From Nemertoderma westbladi (Eukaryota > Animalia > Xenacoelomorpha), in the NCBI GenBank assembly GCA_032718475.1, contig JAUCBJ010008230.1, positions 104,437-168,436 of the forward strand: 64,000 nt of DNA. The letters are read 5' to 3'. The notes under the pieces were generated by a model. The model was not told the origin of the DNA, searched no databases, and was given only the letters and a program-made list of their open reading frames with translations. A program made the position numbers and the translations under genes. Of this stretch, positions 1 to 14,300 are shown one piece after another. Within the stretch, counting starts at the first letter, position 1; every line of letters begins with the position of its first letter.

Positions 1-690
1 TTTAATCCTTCAAAATCCTGTCTGAGCAGTCTCTTAAGCTGCTCCTCCGCTCTCTCATCACCCATTTCCTGCATAGTTCCCGCGAACATGCATCCTGATG
101 TCTCCGACATCCTAAATGGTATCTTACTCTTGATTGGGCCGCTCAGTGTCCACCCGAATGGTGTTAAAATCGCCACCGGGTCACACTGCCTGTCTTCGCC
201 GAAGACCGTTTGCATTCTCTCGTGGGCCGTCGGGCAGTCCATTCCTACTATGATGGATACTTTCCTGACGTCCACCTCTGGGATTGAGAAGTCGATATCA
301 TCCAGGAATCTATACTGTTTGACCTCGATGTTGGTTGGCTGCCTGGCATTGATATTTATTGATTCAATCACTTGGATGGGGTCGATGGTCGCGCCGTAGT
401 CGCATCCCGGTGCCACCGCTGCAATTGCGCACCGTCCGGTTCTCATCTCCAGGATCTCATCTTTGCTAGAGATGGTTGTTACCGCCATTCTACTTGGCCT
501 CGTTCTCAATCCTATTTCTTTGGCCACCCAATCCTCGATTAATGTGAAGGCAGCTCCACTATCAACCAGCATCAGTGGGGTTACTGATCGATTGCCTTCT
601 CCAATCACTCGCACTGGCACTACCCCAAGTAGCACCGTCCCTCTCTTTTTCGCCCCTACTGTGCTCGTTGCCATCGTTTGGCCTTTACTT
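1..690 (-). pseudogene. pol: aspartic protease / start of pol of element 1
   Basis: Minus strand reads LLGVVPVRV...MLVDSGAAFTL (DSG at 563-555) and ...IVGIDCP...AILTPFGWTLSGP, typical of the BEL/Pao protease region. Confidence 0.75.
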
Positions 691-699
691 TGACCAAAC

Positions 700-3600
700 T
701 TAATCGGCGTTTCCTCGCATTGCCTAGCTCTATGTCCACTCATCACACATCGCGAGCAGATCTCATTTCTTGCCGCGTATATCTTCCCTGGGTAATGCTT
801 GCCAGTACCTGCAGTTCATGGTCTGATGGAGCGCATTTGTATGTAGCTGGCATTTGCTCTTTGGGTCGTAGCCTATCGTATGCATTGCGTATCGTGGTTG
901 CATTTGTACCAAAGTCCCTACTATTCTTATTGTTTGGGTTCGGCCTACTGGCAGTCCCCTGCGTCGCTGCGTATGGCAGTGATTGCCTGAGCTTTGGCAA
1001 TGCGTCTGATGTGTTGTGTTCTGGTTTCGGTTTATGGTTATCTATTCTTGGTCCCTTTCCCAGGCTATCCTCGCTATAGACTGGGTCGGTTATTAATTCA
1101 GCTTCGTAATTTAAGAAGCTCGACATTTCTTCTAGACCCGGTTCCGCGCCCTTCCTATCTCGAGTGGAGAAAGCGACTTTCCTCCACTTGTTGCGCAGCC
1201 ATATCGGTAGTGCCTGCGCTATCGTGGTTATGTTGTTGGACGCGTTGAGCTCGTATGGCGCGTCTAGCGTTTTCAGTACGATTAGCGCCTTTTCGACCTT
1301 GTTCGCGAATGTCTTAATGCTAACGGGATTGTCCTGTAGGCCACCTGATGTTATGCCTCTCAGGGTTTGCTGGATGATCTTGGCTGGGTGCCCGTATTCC
1401 CTGTCCAGTGCCCGCCATGCCATCGTCAAGCCGCCCTCTATGCCCTGGTATTGCCTCACGATGTCGTATGCTGGACCTCCTGTGTATACTTGCAGATACT
1501 TTAGGCACTCCGCCTGCGTCAAGTTCTTTGTTAGTATTTCGTTGCTATACATGCGCCGAAACTGTAGGTATTCTTCCGGCCTGCTCCCATCGAATTTGAA
1601 TGGTTCCACGGGTGGTAGTCTATTAACGTGGCCATTCCCATCGCCTGCGCTTCCAATGGGTTTGATGGATGTTGTATAGTTTCCCCTGTTAGGTGCGGTC
1701 CGTCCGTCCTATTTCCTGCCTTCCTCTGGCTTGGGTATATCATTGGGGGTAGCGGCCCCCTCCATATTTCTGTGTCGCATGACCTATTTCCATCCAAGGG
1801 TCTCATTGTTCTTGCTCATATCGAGGTATATTTTTGATATTGTGATGGGGGAATGTCACCCTGTCCCCCCCCCCCCACCGGTATGTTTGGTACTGGGGTT
1901 GATGTTAATATATTGGGGCCCATGCACCTATCCGCAATAATTCCCCCCTCCCCTGGGTATATGTTATGTCCCTGCATGCTGTAGTCATACTGCTGTACTG
2001 GTACCGGTATAGGCCTATCAGCTTCTGGCCTACCTGCCGGTATATACTCCGCGAGTTCCAGGTTTAATCCCGTCGACCGCGCTATCCTATCGCCAACATT
2101 ATTCCTGTCAGCATGGCCTATGGTATGTGCAGTAAGGCCTACAGTATGTCCTACAGTCTGCATGTGTCGCTCGGGATCTAAGTTTATTCTTCTTGAATAA
2201 TCCTCCTCGCGGCTACCATATTCCAGATCGGCAGGTATATCCCGCCGGAGAGCCTCTCTTTGACCCCCTCTACTGCTCTCGTCTTTGTACCGGTACATCG
2301 TGTACCCCTCTCTCGACGCGTAATGCGCCCCCTCAGGTCGCGTTCCTCCAGGGCGACGGCAATCTCCCGAAGTTCGACCCTGCTGACTCTCCATCTCCAT
2401 CTCTACTACCGATGGCACGCTATCCGTTCTCGCTCTCCTGTCGTTCGCGGCGACACTTCTTCTATTCTCTTCCCTTCTTTTCTTCGTAGTGCAGTATTCC
2501 CGCTCGTGAGATCTCTCGTCGACCTCCCGGTTAAACTCCACTGTTCTTCTTCCCTCTTCTGATCGGGCTCGACGCTTCGTCCGCCCTCTCGCGACGTCAA
2601 CCTGCTTCTCTCTGCTCGATCGCACGCCGCTGGGGATACTCGCAATCCCCCTATTACTCTCCGTCGCCGGGTGTTGCGGTTTACCTATCTCGGCCCGCGC
2701 ATTATCCGTTGACGCCTGTGGGGCACTCTCTGCCCCCCCCCCCCCCCCTTTTCGCCGCTAACTCGCTGTTGTGGGGCTCCTGTAGCCCCCCCCCCCCCCC
2801 CCACTTGCCACATCTAACTTTGCTATCTCTCACCTCACTGCTATATCCTTCTCTAGTCGACACAGCAACCCTACTGCGGCTGGGTCTATTCACCCCCGCC
2901 TCTCCTTCTACTACTGTGTGGCCTACCAGGCCCTCTACTTCCTGCCTACTAACTACGTGGCCTACCAGGCCCCCGCTGGGTTTACCCAACCCAGCCACTC
3001 CCTGCCTACTAACTACGTGGCCTGCCAGGCCCTCTCCGGGTTGGCTCAACCCCGCCACTTCCGGCCTACTAACTGTACGGCCTACCAGGCACTTATCTGC
3101 CGGGTTTTACACGCCCGACGTGTTCACGTTAATAGCACCCATATTAGAAACGGAATTATTTTGTTTGTTCGAAATAAAATAATTTGAATTATTTTGCGCG
3201 ACTACACCATTTGAATTATTTTGTAAATTCGGGTTTGGATCATTATTTAAATTATTTGGATTATTTTGCGTAACTACGTTATTTGAATTATTTCCTACAT
3301 TAATATTATAATCGTTCGGATTTAAATTTAAATTATTACCACTAGGCAAAATATTTCCTGCAATAAAGGTTTGGTTAGTATTATCCAATACGGTACTATT
3401 AATATTAACGACGTCTACTGTACCATTATTATTACCCCCACCGCCCGTACGGTCACACCAGTTTCGGGTCTGTCGTGCGGTCCCTGTAAGTGGGGTATTA
3501 ATAAATGTATCCACTTGGCTCCCCGAAAACACTAGAGCCAGTCCCGCTCTCAGACGCCCCTATCCGCGCCAGTTGCAGTTCGTGCGTGCGTCTAATATTG

Positions 3601-4730
3601 TACTCCATAAGCTCACTTTGGCGTTTTACCAATTCTTTTTGCTCACGCTCCTCTCTTGCCATTCTCTCCCGAACCTCTCGCGCATTCTGGTCGGCCAATT
3701 CCGGCTCTCTCCTAGCTCCCTCCCTTCGCCTCGCCTCACGCTCTTCTTGTTCCTTCCTCCCTATTTCATCACACTCCCTAAGGCTTTTCGCGGCCCTTTC
3801 GGCCCTCTCTCCAGTTTCTCTAATCATTCTCATTTCCTTCTCTAATAGCATTCTCCCATCCTCTAACCGTCTCTCTACTTCTCACTGACTTTGCGCTATC
3901 AGATCGAGATGGTACGTGGCATTTATCTCTCTCACCCGTCTTCCTTTTACAGAGGATGTAGCAGACTTATCGGTTGTGACGGATTCCCTCCGCCTTCCCG
4001 ATCTACTAACTTTCCCTCTCTTCCCAGAACTTCCTCCGACCGACGAGATCGAATAATCGGGGTTAACCTCGGATTCGCCCTCCTGCGGCCTTCTCCAACC
4101 CACTAATTTTATACCCCGGGCATCGACTAAGTATGGCCCTACGTACACTACGCTAGGTTGCATACCCCTACACCGCCATAATTCACACAGTTCCTCGGCA
4201 ACCCCTCTCGCTCTCGCCTTGGCCAGTTCTCTCTGCCCAAAGCGCATTAAATAACTAAAATGTCTATCCGACTCACCTAGTCCTGTTGTCAACTTTACCT
4301 CATCTATCTTCGCCCCCTGCTTGGCCTCCTTAAGTAGCTTCCGGGTCGCGTTGTAGGCCCGTCGAAGTCGATCGGAAACCCCGAAGTCCTCGTCGCCGAC
4401 CTCTCCTCCGTCTCTCCGGGTCCGACGTCGTACCGGCGGCCCCACCGTCGCCGTTTCGGTGGGCCATCTGTCGCCCTCGGCCTGTGGCTGGCCGGCGACA
4501 TCGGTACGTTGACCAACGTGTGTCGACTCGTCTCTTTCTCCTTCCGTCTCGCTCTCTCCTTCTCTCAACTCGGCTTCCGGCTCCAGACAGCCCCCCTCAT
4601 CTTGAACTGCCGGATGACCCGTTACCGATGGGTCCGGCGTTGTGGGCCTATACCGTCTGGTCACAGCCTCGCGAATCGTTAGGTCTTCGTCTGGGGTCTG
4701 TGGTGGCGTCGTCTCACCCAACCAACTCAT
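700..4730 (-). pseudogene. gag: gag of element 1 (frameshifted and stopped), with a long low-complexity N-terminal region
   Basis: Consecutive minus ORFs 4730-3882, 3851-3498 (coiled-coil), 3532-3107 (Asn-rich), 3058-2702, 2625-1816 and 1609-743 (BEL Gag core); frameshifted knuckle CSRCVMSGHRARQC near 770-715. Confidence 0.75.
2900..3092. repeat. ~60-bp tandem repeat inside element 1 gag
   Basis: Repeated CTACTAACTACGTGGCCTACCAGGCCC units, 3-4 copies. Confidence 0.8.
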
Positions 4731-4800
4731 CTTGTACTTTAGATTGGTGGCTGGTAGTCACTGTTTAGCTAACTAGGGGCGGCAGCTTGGGTTTAATCAC

Positions 4801-5307
4801 TGTGATGGGATCCACAAAGGATCCCGATTTATCCGTTTGTCAATCTACGCGTCCCCGCCGTGTGTGAAAGGTAAAAGAGTTTGCGTTGTTCGTCGTATAT
4901 AATCTCCGGGTATAATAGTATAAATAGAGTGATCGTATAATGAATAAGTGAGTAACAATAGTATATTGAAGGCGGAAAACGGTGATTAAGTCCCGGTACT
5001 TCCCTAGCTAACCTAACTGACACTAAATGGATTGGTAACTGCTATTATATTGCACTGGTTGGCCTTGTTACAGTACCTAGTCGATGCTTCCCCCTGATTG
5101 GCTAATATCCCTGTTGGCGCCCTTTGGAGTGTTTCCCTTTACTCCTGCTATTCTCTCTAGGTCAGGGGTATGGCCCCTGACCCTTATTGTGTGTTTCTCC
5201 TTCCCACTTTGTTGGGGTGGCACGAGATTGGGTAACCAACCTCGTGGCCCCCAATATTGCTTAACGGTTTACTTTGTGGGCTGTTAGCGGAATTGAATAC
5301 GCTAACA
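4801..5307 (-). repeat. 5' LTR of element 1 (inner end 4801, alternatively 4762)
   Basis: TG start at 5307; candidate CA ends at 4801 (...CATCACA) or 4762 (...GCTAAACA). Minus-strand TATAAT at 5049-5044 and Inr-like TCAGTT at 5020-5015. The partner LTR lies outside the window. Confidence 0.6.
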
Positions 5308-8300
5308 GGAGTTAAAGTTATTATGTAATGCAATAATTCACCTCAAATATCTCAGTTTTTTCATGAACATAATGAAGTATTAAAGCCATGACAAAATCCT
5401 TGGGGTTTTTCAGCAATAATAATAATAATAATATCCTCAGATTTTTTACAAAAAACGACATCGATTTTCATATTTATAACTTCTAACCCACTCCACGAGA
5501 TAGAGAATCTTAAATGAAAGTCATAAGAACAGGTAACACTTACATTTATAGAAGTAATGAGCTGTTATTTGCTTTGTCTTTCCCCAGGAGATGGATGAAT
5601 TTTGATTGCGTCGGAACACCCCCTTTCTGAGGCTCTCAGAGTGGAGAGATAAGTAGCCTATCTCCCTGTTAATATTGTTGTGTTCTAGAATATTTATTAT
5701 AGTTTCATCGTATTGCCAAAGCGGCTGGAGCCAAAGTTAATATGTAATGCAATAATTAACCTCAAATATCTCAGCTAGTTCATGAATATAATGAGTATTA
5801 AATCCTTGTCAAAATCCTTGGTGTTTTTCAGCAATAATTTATTAAAATCTCCTCTGATTTTTTACAAAAAACGACATCGATTTTCATATTCATGACTTCT
5901 AACCCACTCCAAGAGATAGACCATCTTAAATGAAAGTCAAAAGAGCAGGTAACACTTACATTTATAGAAGGTAATCAGCTATTCTTTGCTTCGTCTTTCC
6001 CCTGGAGATGGATGTTTTTTTATTGCGTCGGAACACCCCCTTTTTGAGGCTCTCAGATTGAAGAGATCAGTTAATACTGTTGTGTTCTAGAAAATTTATT
6101 ATAGTTTCATCGTTTTGCAAAAGCGGCTGGAGCCGAAGATAATATGTGATACAATAATTCACCTCAAATTTCTCAGCTATTTCATGAATATAATGAGTAT
6201 TAAAGCTATGTCAAAATCCTTGGAGTTTTTCAGAAATAATTTATCAAAATATCCTCTGATTTTTTTCAAAAACCACATCGATTTTCATATTTATAACTTC
6301 TAACCCACTCCACGAGATAGAGAATCTTAAACGAAAGTCATAAGAACACGTAACACTTTCATTTATAGAAGTAATCAGCTGTTCTTTGCTTCGACTTTCC
6401 CCAGGAGATGGATGAATTTTGATTGCGTCGGAACACCCCCTTTTTGAGGTTCTCAGAGTGAAGAGATAAGTAGCCTATCTCCCTGTTAATATTGTTGTGT
6501 TCTAGAATAATTATTATAGTTTCATCGTATTGCCAAAGCGGCTGGAGCCGAAGTTAATATGTAATGCAATAATTCACCTCAAATATCTCAGCTAGTTCAT
6601 GAATATAATGAGTATTAAATCCTTGTCAAAATCCTTGGGGATTTTCAGCAATAATTTATCAAAATATCATCTGATTTTTTTTCAAAAACCACATCGATTT
6701 TCATATTCATGACTTCTAACCCACTCCAAGAGATAGAGAATCTTAAACGAAAGTCATAAGAACAGGTAACACTTTCATTTATAGAAGTAATCAGCAGTTA
6801 TTTGCTTCGTCTTTCCACAGGAGATGGATGAAATTTGATTGCGTCTGAACACCCACTCTTTGAGGCTCTCAGAGGGAAGAGATAAGTAGCCTATCTCCCT
6901 GTTAATATTGTTGTGTTCTAGAATATTTATTATAGTTTCATCGTATTGCAAAAGCGGCTGAAGCCGAAGATAATATGTGATACAATAATTCACATCAAAT
7001 TTCTCAGCTATTTCATGAATATAATGAGTATTAAAGCTATGTCAAAATCCTTGGGGTTTTTCAGAAATAATTTATCAAAATATCCTATGATTTTTTTCAA
7101 AAACCACATCGATTTTCATATTTATAACTTCTAACCCACTCCACGAGATAGAGAATCTTAAACGAAAGTCATAAAAACAGGTAACACTTTCATTTATAGA
7201 AGTAATCAGCTGTTCTTTGCTTTGTCTTTCCCCAGGATATGGATGAATTTTGATTGCGTCGGAACACCCCCTTTTTGAGGCTCTCAGAGTGGACAGATAA
7301 GTAGCCTATTTCCCTGTTAATATTTTTCTGTTGTAGAATATTTATTATAGTTTCATCGTATTGCTAATGTGGCTGGAGTTAAAGTTATTATATAATGCAA
7401 TAATTCACCTCAAATATCTCAGTTTTTCATGAACATAATGAAGTATTAAAGCCATGTCAAAATCCTTGGGGATTTTCAGCAATAATTTATCAAAATATCC
7501 TATGATTTTTTTTCAAAAACCACATCGATTTTCATATTTATAACTTCTAACCCAATCCACGAGATAGAGAATCTTAAACGAAAGTCATAAGAACAGGTAA
7601 CACTTTCATTTATAGAAGTAATCAGCTGTTATTTGCTTCGTCTTTCCACAGGAGATGGATGAAATTTGATTGCGTCGGAACACCCCCTTTTTGAGGCTCT
7701 CAGAGTGGACAGATAAGTAGCCTATTTCCCTGTTAATATTTTTCTGTTGTAGAATATTTATTATAGTTTCATCGTATTGCTAATGTGGCTGGAGTTAAAG
7801 TTATTATGTAATGCAATAATTCACCTCAAATATCTCAGTTTTTCATGAACATAATGAAGTATTAAAGCCATGTCAAAATCCTTGGGGTTTTTCAGCAATA
7901 ATTTATCAAAATATCCTCAGATTTTTTACAAAAAACGACATCGATTTTCATATTTATAACTTCTAACCCACTCCACGAGATAGAGAATCTTAAACGAAAG
8001 TCATAAGAACAGGTAACATTTACATTTATAGAAGTAATCAGCTGTTATTTGTTTCGTCTTTCCCCAGGAGATGGATGAATTTTGATTGCGTCGGAACACC
8101 CCCTTTCTGAGGCTCTCAGAGTGGAGAGATAAGTAGCCTATCTCCCTGTTAATATTGTTGTGTTCTAGAATATTTATTATAGTTTCATCGTATTGCCAAA
8201 GCGGCTGGAGCCAAAGTTAATATGTAATGCAATAATTAACCTCAAATATCTCAGTTTTTCATGAATAATAATGAGTATTAAATCCTTGTCAAAATCCTTG

Positions 8301-11300
8301 GTGTTTTTCAGCAATAATTTATTAAAATCTCCTCTGATTTTTTACAAAAAACGACATCGATTTTCATATTCATGACTTCTAACCCACTCTAAGAGATAGA
8401 CAATCTCAAATGAAAGTCAAAAGAGCAGGTAACACTTACATTTATAGAAGTAATCAGCTATTCTTTGCTTCGTCTTTCCCCTGGAGATGGATGTTTTTTT
8501 ATTGCGTCGGAACACCCCCTTTTTGAGGCTGTCAGATTGAAGAGATAAGTTAATATTGTTGTGTTCTAGAATATTTATTATAGTTTCATCGTATTGCAAA
8601 AGCGGCTGGAGCCGAAGATAATATGTGATACAATAATTCACATCATATTTCTCAGCTATTTCATGAATATAATGAGTATTAAAGCTATGTCAAAATCCTT
8701 GGGGTTTTTCAGAAATAATTTATCAAACTATCCTATGATTTTTTTCAAAAACCACATCGATTTTCATATTTATAACTTCTAACCCACTCCACGAGATAGA
8801 GAATCTTAAACGAAAGTCATAAGAACAGGTAACACTTACATTTATAGAAGTAATGAGCTGTTATTTGCTTTGTCTTTCCCCAGGAGATGGATGAATTTTG
8901 ATTGCGTCGGAACACCCCCTTTCTGAGGCTCTCAGAGTGGAGAGATAAGTAGCCTATCTCCCTGTTAATATTGTTGTGTTCTAGAATATTTATTATAGTT
9001 TCATCGTATTGCCAAAGCGGCTGGAGCCAAAGTTAATATGTAATGCAATAATTAACCTCAAATATCTCAGCTAGTTCATGAATATAATGAGTATTAAATC
9101 CTTGTCAAAATCCTTGGTGTTTTTCAGCAATAATTTATTAAAATCTCCTCTGATTTTTTACAAAAAACGACATCGATTTTCATATTCATGACTTCTAACC
9201 CACTCCACGAGATAGAGAATCTTAAACGAAAGTCATAAGAACACGTAACACTTTCATTTATAGAAGTAATCAGCTGTTCTTTGCTTCGTCTTTCCCCAGG
9301 AGATGGATGAATTTTGATTGCGTCGGAACACCCCCTTTTTGAGGTTCTCAGAGTGAAGAGATAAGTAGCCTATCTCCCTGTTAATATTGTTGTGTTCTAG
9401 AATAATTATTATAGTTTCATCGTATTGCCAAAGCGGCTGGAGCCGAAGTTAATATGTAATGCAATAATTCACCTCAAATATCTCAGCTAGTTCATGAATA
9501 TAATGAGTATTAAATCCTTGTCAAAATCCTTGGTGTTTTTCAGCAATAATTTATTAAAATCTCCTCTGATTTTTTACAAAAAACGACATCGATTTTCATA
9601 TTCATGACTTCTAACCCACTCCAAGAGATAGGCAATCTTAAATGAAAGTCAAAAGAGCAGGTAACCCTTACATTTATAGAAGTAATCAGCTGTTATTTGC
9701 TTCGTCTTTCCACAGGAGATGGATGAAATTTGATTGCGTCGGAACACCCACTCTTTGAGGCTCTCAGAGGGAAGAGATAAGTAGCCTATCTCCCTGTTAA
9801 TATTGTTGTGTTCTAGAATAATTATTATAGTTTCATCGTATTGCCAAAGCGGCTGGAGCCGAAGTTAATATGTAATGCAATAATTCACCTCAAATATCTC
9901 AGCTAGTTCATGAATATAATGAGTATTAAAGCCATGTCAAAATCCTTGGGGATTTTCAGCAATAATTTATCAAAATATCATCTGATTTTTTTTCAAAAAC
10001 CACATCGATTTTCATATTTATAACTTCTAACCCAATCCACGAGATAGAGAATCTTAAACGAAAGTCATAAGAACAGGTAACACTTTCATTTATAGAAGTA
10101 ATCAGCAGTTATTTGCTTCGTCTTTCCACAGGAGATGGATGAAATTTGATTGCGTCGGAACACCCACTCTTTGAGGCTCTCAGAGGGAAGAGATAAGTAG
10201 CCTATCTCCCTGTTAATATTGTTGTGTTCTAGAATATTTATTATAGTTTCATCGTATTGCAAAAGCGGCTGAAGCCGAAGATAATATGTGATACAATAAT
10301 TCACATCAAATTTCTCAGCTATTTCATGAATATAATGAGTATTAAAGCTATGTCAAAATCCTTGGGGTTTTTCAGAAATAATTTATCAAAATATCCTATG
10401 ATTTTTTTCAAAAACCACATCGATTTTCATATTTATAACTTCTAACCCACTCCACGAGATAGAGAATCTTAAACGAAAGTCATAAAAACAGGTAACACTT
10501 TCATTTATAGAAGTAATCAGCTGTTCTTTGCTTTGTCTTTCCCCAGGATATGGATGAATTTTGATTGCGTCGGAACACCCCCTTTTTGAGGCTCTCAGAG
10601 TGGACAGATAAGTAGCCTATTTCCCTGTTAATATTTTTCTGTTGTAGAATATTTATTATAGTTTCATCGTATTGCTAATGTGGCTGGAGTTAAAGTTATT
10701 ATGTAATGCAATAATTCACCTCAAATATCTCAGTTTCTCATGAACATAATGAAGTATTAAAGCCATGTCAAAATCCTTGGGGATTTTCAGCAATAATTTA
10801 TCAAAATATCCTATGATTTTTTTTCAAAAACCACATCGATTTTCATATTTATAACTTCTAACCCAATCCACGAGATAGAGAATCTTAAACGAAAGTCATA
10901 AGAACAGGTAACACTTTCCTTTATAGAAGTAATCAGCTGTTATTTGCTTCGTCTTTCCACAGGAGATGGATGAAATTTGATTGCGTCGGAACACCCACTC
11001 TTTGAGGCTCTCAGAGGGAAGAGATAAGTAGCCTATCTCCCTGTTAATATTGTTGTGTTCTAGAATATTTATTATAGTTTCATCGTATTGCAAAAGCGGC
11101 TGAAGCCGAAGATAATATGTGATACAATAATTCACATCAAATTTCTCAGCTATTTCATGAATATAATGAGTATTAAAGCTATGTCAAAATCCTTGGGGTT
11201 TTTCAGAAATAATTTATCAAAATATCCTATGATTTTTTTCAAAAACCACATCGATTTTCATATTTATAACTTCTAACCCACTCCACGAGATAGAGAATCT

Positions 11301-14300
11301 TAAACGAAAGTCATAAAAACAGGTAACACTTTCATTTATAGAAGTAATCAGCTGTTCTTTGCTTTGTCTTTCCCCAGGATATGGATGAATTTTGATTGCG
11401 TCGGAACACCCCCTTTTTGAGGCTCTCAGAGTGGACAGATAAGTAGCCTATTTCCCTGTTAATATTTTTCTGTTGTAGAATATTTATTATAGTTTCATCG
11501 TATTGCTAATGTGGCTGGAGTTAAAGTTATTATGTAATGCAATAATTCACCTCAAATATCTCAGTTTTTCATGAACATAATGAAGTATTAAAGCCATGTC
11601 AAAATCCTTGGGGTTTTTCAGCAATAATTTATCAAAATATCCTCAGATTTTTTACAAAAAACGACATCGATTTTCATATTTATAACTTCTAACCCACTCC
11701 ACGAGATCGAGAATCTTAAACGAAAGTCATAAGAACAGGTAACACTTACATTTATAGAAGTAATCAGCTGTTATTTGTTTCGTCTTTCCCCAGGAGATGG
11801 ATGAATTTTGATTGCGTCGGAACACCCCCTTTCTGAGGCTCTCAGAGTGGAGAGATAAGTAGCCTTTCTCCCTGTTAATATTGTTGTGTTCTAGAATATT
11901 TATTATAGTTTCATCGTATTGCAAAAGCGGCTGGAGCCAAAGTTAATATGTAATGCAATAATTAACCTCAAATATCTCAGTTTTTCATGAATAATAATGA
12001 GTATTAAATCCTTGTCAAAATCCTTGGTGTTTTTCAGCAATAATTTATTAAAATCTCCTCTGATTTTTTACAAAAAACGACATCGATTTTCATATTCATG
12101 ACTTCTAACCCACTCCAAGAGATAGACAATCTTAAATGAAAGTCAAAAGAGCAGGTAACACTTACATTTATAGAAGTAATCAGCTATTCTTTGCTTCGTC
12201 TTTCCCCTGGAGATGGATGTTTTTTTATTGCGTCGGAACACCCCCTTTTTGAGGCTGTCAGATTGAAGAGATAAGTTAATATTGTTGTGTTCTAGAATAT
12301 TTATTATAGTTTCATCGTATTGCAAAAGCGGCTGGAGCCGAAGATAATATGTGATACAATAATTCACATCAAATTTCTCAGCTATTTCATGAATATAATG
12401 AGTATTAAAGCTATGTCAAAATCCTTGGGGTTTTTCAGAAATAATTTATCAAACTATCCTATGATTTTTTTCAAAAACCACATCGATTTTCATATTTATA
12501 ACTTCTAACCCACTCCACGAGATAGAGAATCTTAAACGAAAGTCATAAGAACAGGTAACACTTTCATTTATAGAAGTAATCAGCTGTTCTTTGCTTTGTC
12601 TTTCCCCAGGATATGGATGAATTTTGATTGCGTCGGAACACCCCCTTTTTGAGGTTCTCAGAGTGAAGAGATAAGTAGCCTATCTCCCTGTTAATATTGT
12701 TGTGTTCTAGAATAATTATTATAGTTTCATCGTATTGCCAAAGCGGCTGGAACCGAAGTTAATATGTAATGCAATAATTCACCTCAAATATCTCAGCTAG
12801 TTCATGAATATAATGACTATTAAATCCTTGTCAAAATCCTTGGTGTTTTTCAGCAATAATTTATTAAAATATCCTCTGATTTTTTACAAAAAACGACATC
12901 GATTTTCATATTCATGACTTCTAACCCATTCCAAGAGATAGACAATCTTAAATGAAAGTCAAAAGAGCAGGTAACCCTTACATTTATAGAAGTAATCAGC
13001 TGTCCTTGCTTCGTCTTTCCCCTGGAGATGGATGAATTTTGATTGCGTCGGAACACCCCCTTTTTGAGGCTCTCAGAGTGAAGAGATAAGTAGCCTATCT
13101 CCCTGTTAATATTGTTGTGTTCTAGAATAATTATTATAGTTTTATCGTATTGCCAAAGCGGCTGGAGCCGAAGTTAATATGTGATAACATAATTCACCTC
13201 AAATTTCTCAGCTAATTCATGAATATAATGAGTATTAAAGCCATGTCAAAATCCTTGGTGTTTTTCAGCAATAATTTATCAAAATATCCTCTGATTTTTT
13301 TCAAAAACCACGTCGATTTTCATATTTATAACTTCTAACCCAATCCACGAGATAGAGAATCTTAAATGAAAGTCAAAAGAGCAGGTAACCCTTACATTTA
13401 TAAAAGTAATCAGCTGTTCTTTGCTTCGTCTTTCCCCTGGAGATGGATGAATTTTGATTGCGTCGGAACACCCCCTTTTTGAGGCTCTCAGAGTGAAGAG
13501 ATAAGTAGCCCATCTCCCTGTTAATATTGTTGTGTTCTAGAATAATTATTATAGTTTCATCGTATTGCCAAAGCGGCTGGAACCGAAGTTAATATGTAAT
13601 GCAATAATTCACCTCAAATATCTCAGCTAGTTCATGAATATAATGAGTATTAAATCCTTGTCAAAATCCTTGGTGTTTTTCAGCAATAATTTATCAAAAT
13701 ATCCTCTGATTCTTTTCAAAAACCACGTCGATTTTCATATTTATAACTTCTATCCCACTCCACGAGATAGAGAATCTTAAATGAAAGTCAAAAGAGCAGG
13801 TAACACTTACATTTATAGAAGTAATCAGCTATTATTTGCTTCGTCTTTCCCCTGGAGATGGATGAATTTTGATTGCATCGGAACACCCCCTTTTTGAGGC
13901 TCTCAGAGTGAAGAGATAAGTAGCCTATCTCCCTGTTAATATTGTTGTGTTCTAGAATATTTATTATAGATTTATCGTATTGCCAAAGCGGCTAGAGCCG
14001 AAGTTAATATGTGATACAATAATTCACCTCAAATTTCTCAGCTAATTCGTGAATATAATGAGTATTAAAGCCATGTTAAAATCCTTGGGGTTTTTCAGCA
14101 ATAATTTATCAAAATATCCTCAAATTTTTTTCAAAAACCACATCGATTTTCATATTTATAACTTCTAACCCAATCCACGAGATAGAGAATCTTAAACGAA
14201 AGTCATAAGAACAGGTAACACTTTGATTTATAGAAGTAATCAGCTGTTATTTGCTTCGTCTTTCCACAGGAGATGGATGAAATTTGATTGCGTCGGAACA

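Larger units (their letters stand above)
1..5307 (-). mobile_element. BEL/Pao LTR retrotransposon (element 1), 5' half, decayed; continues past window start
   Basis: Begins TGTTAGCG on the minus strand at 5307, exactly where the satellite stops. Contains a BEL-type Gag core (ORF 743-1609: PFKFDG...YLQF...LKYL...A...L...YG, DUF1759-like), a CCHC knuckle and protease LVDSGAA. Confidence 0.85.
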
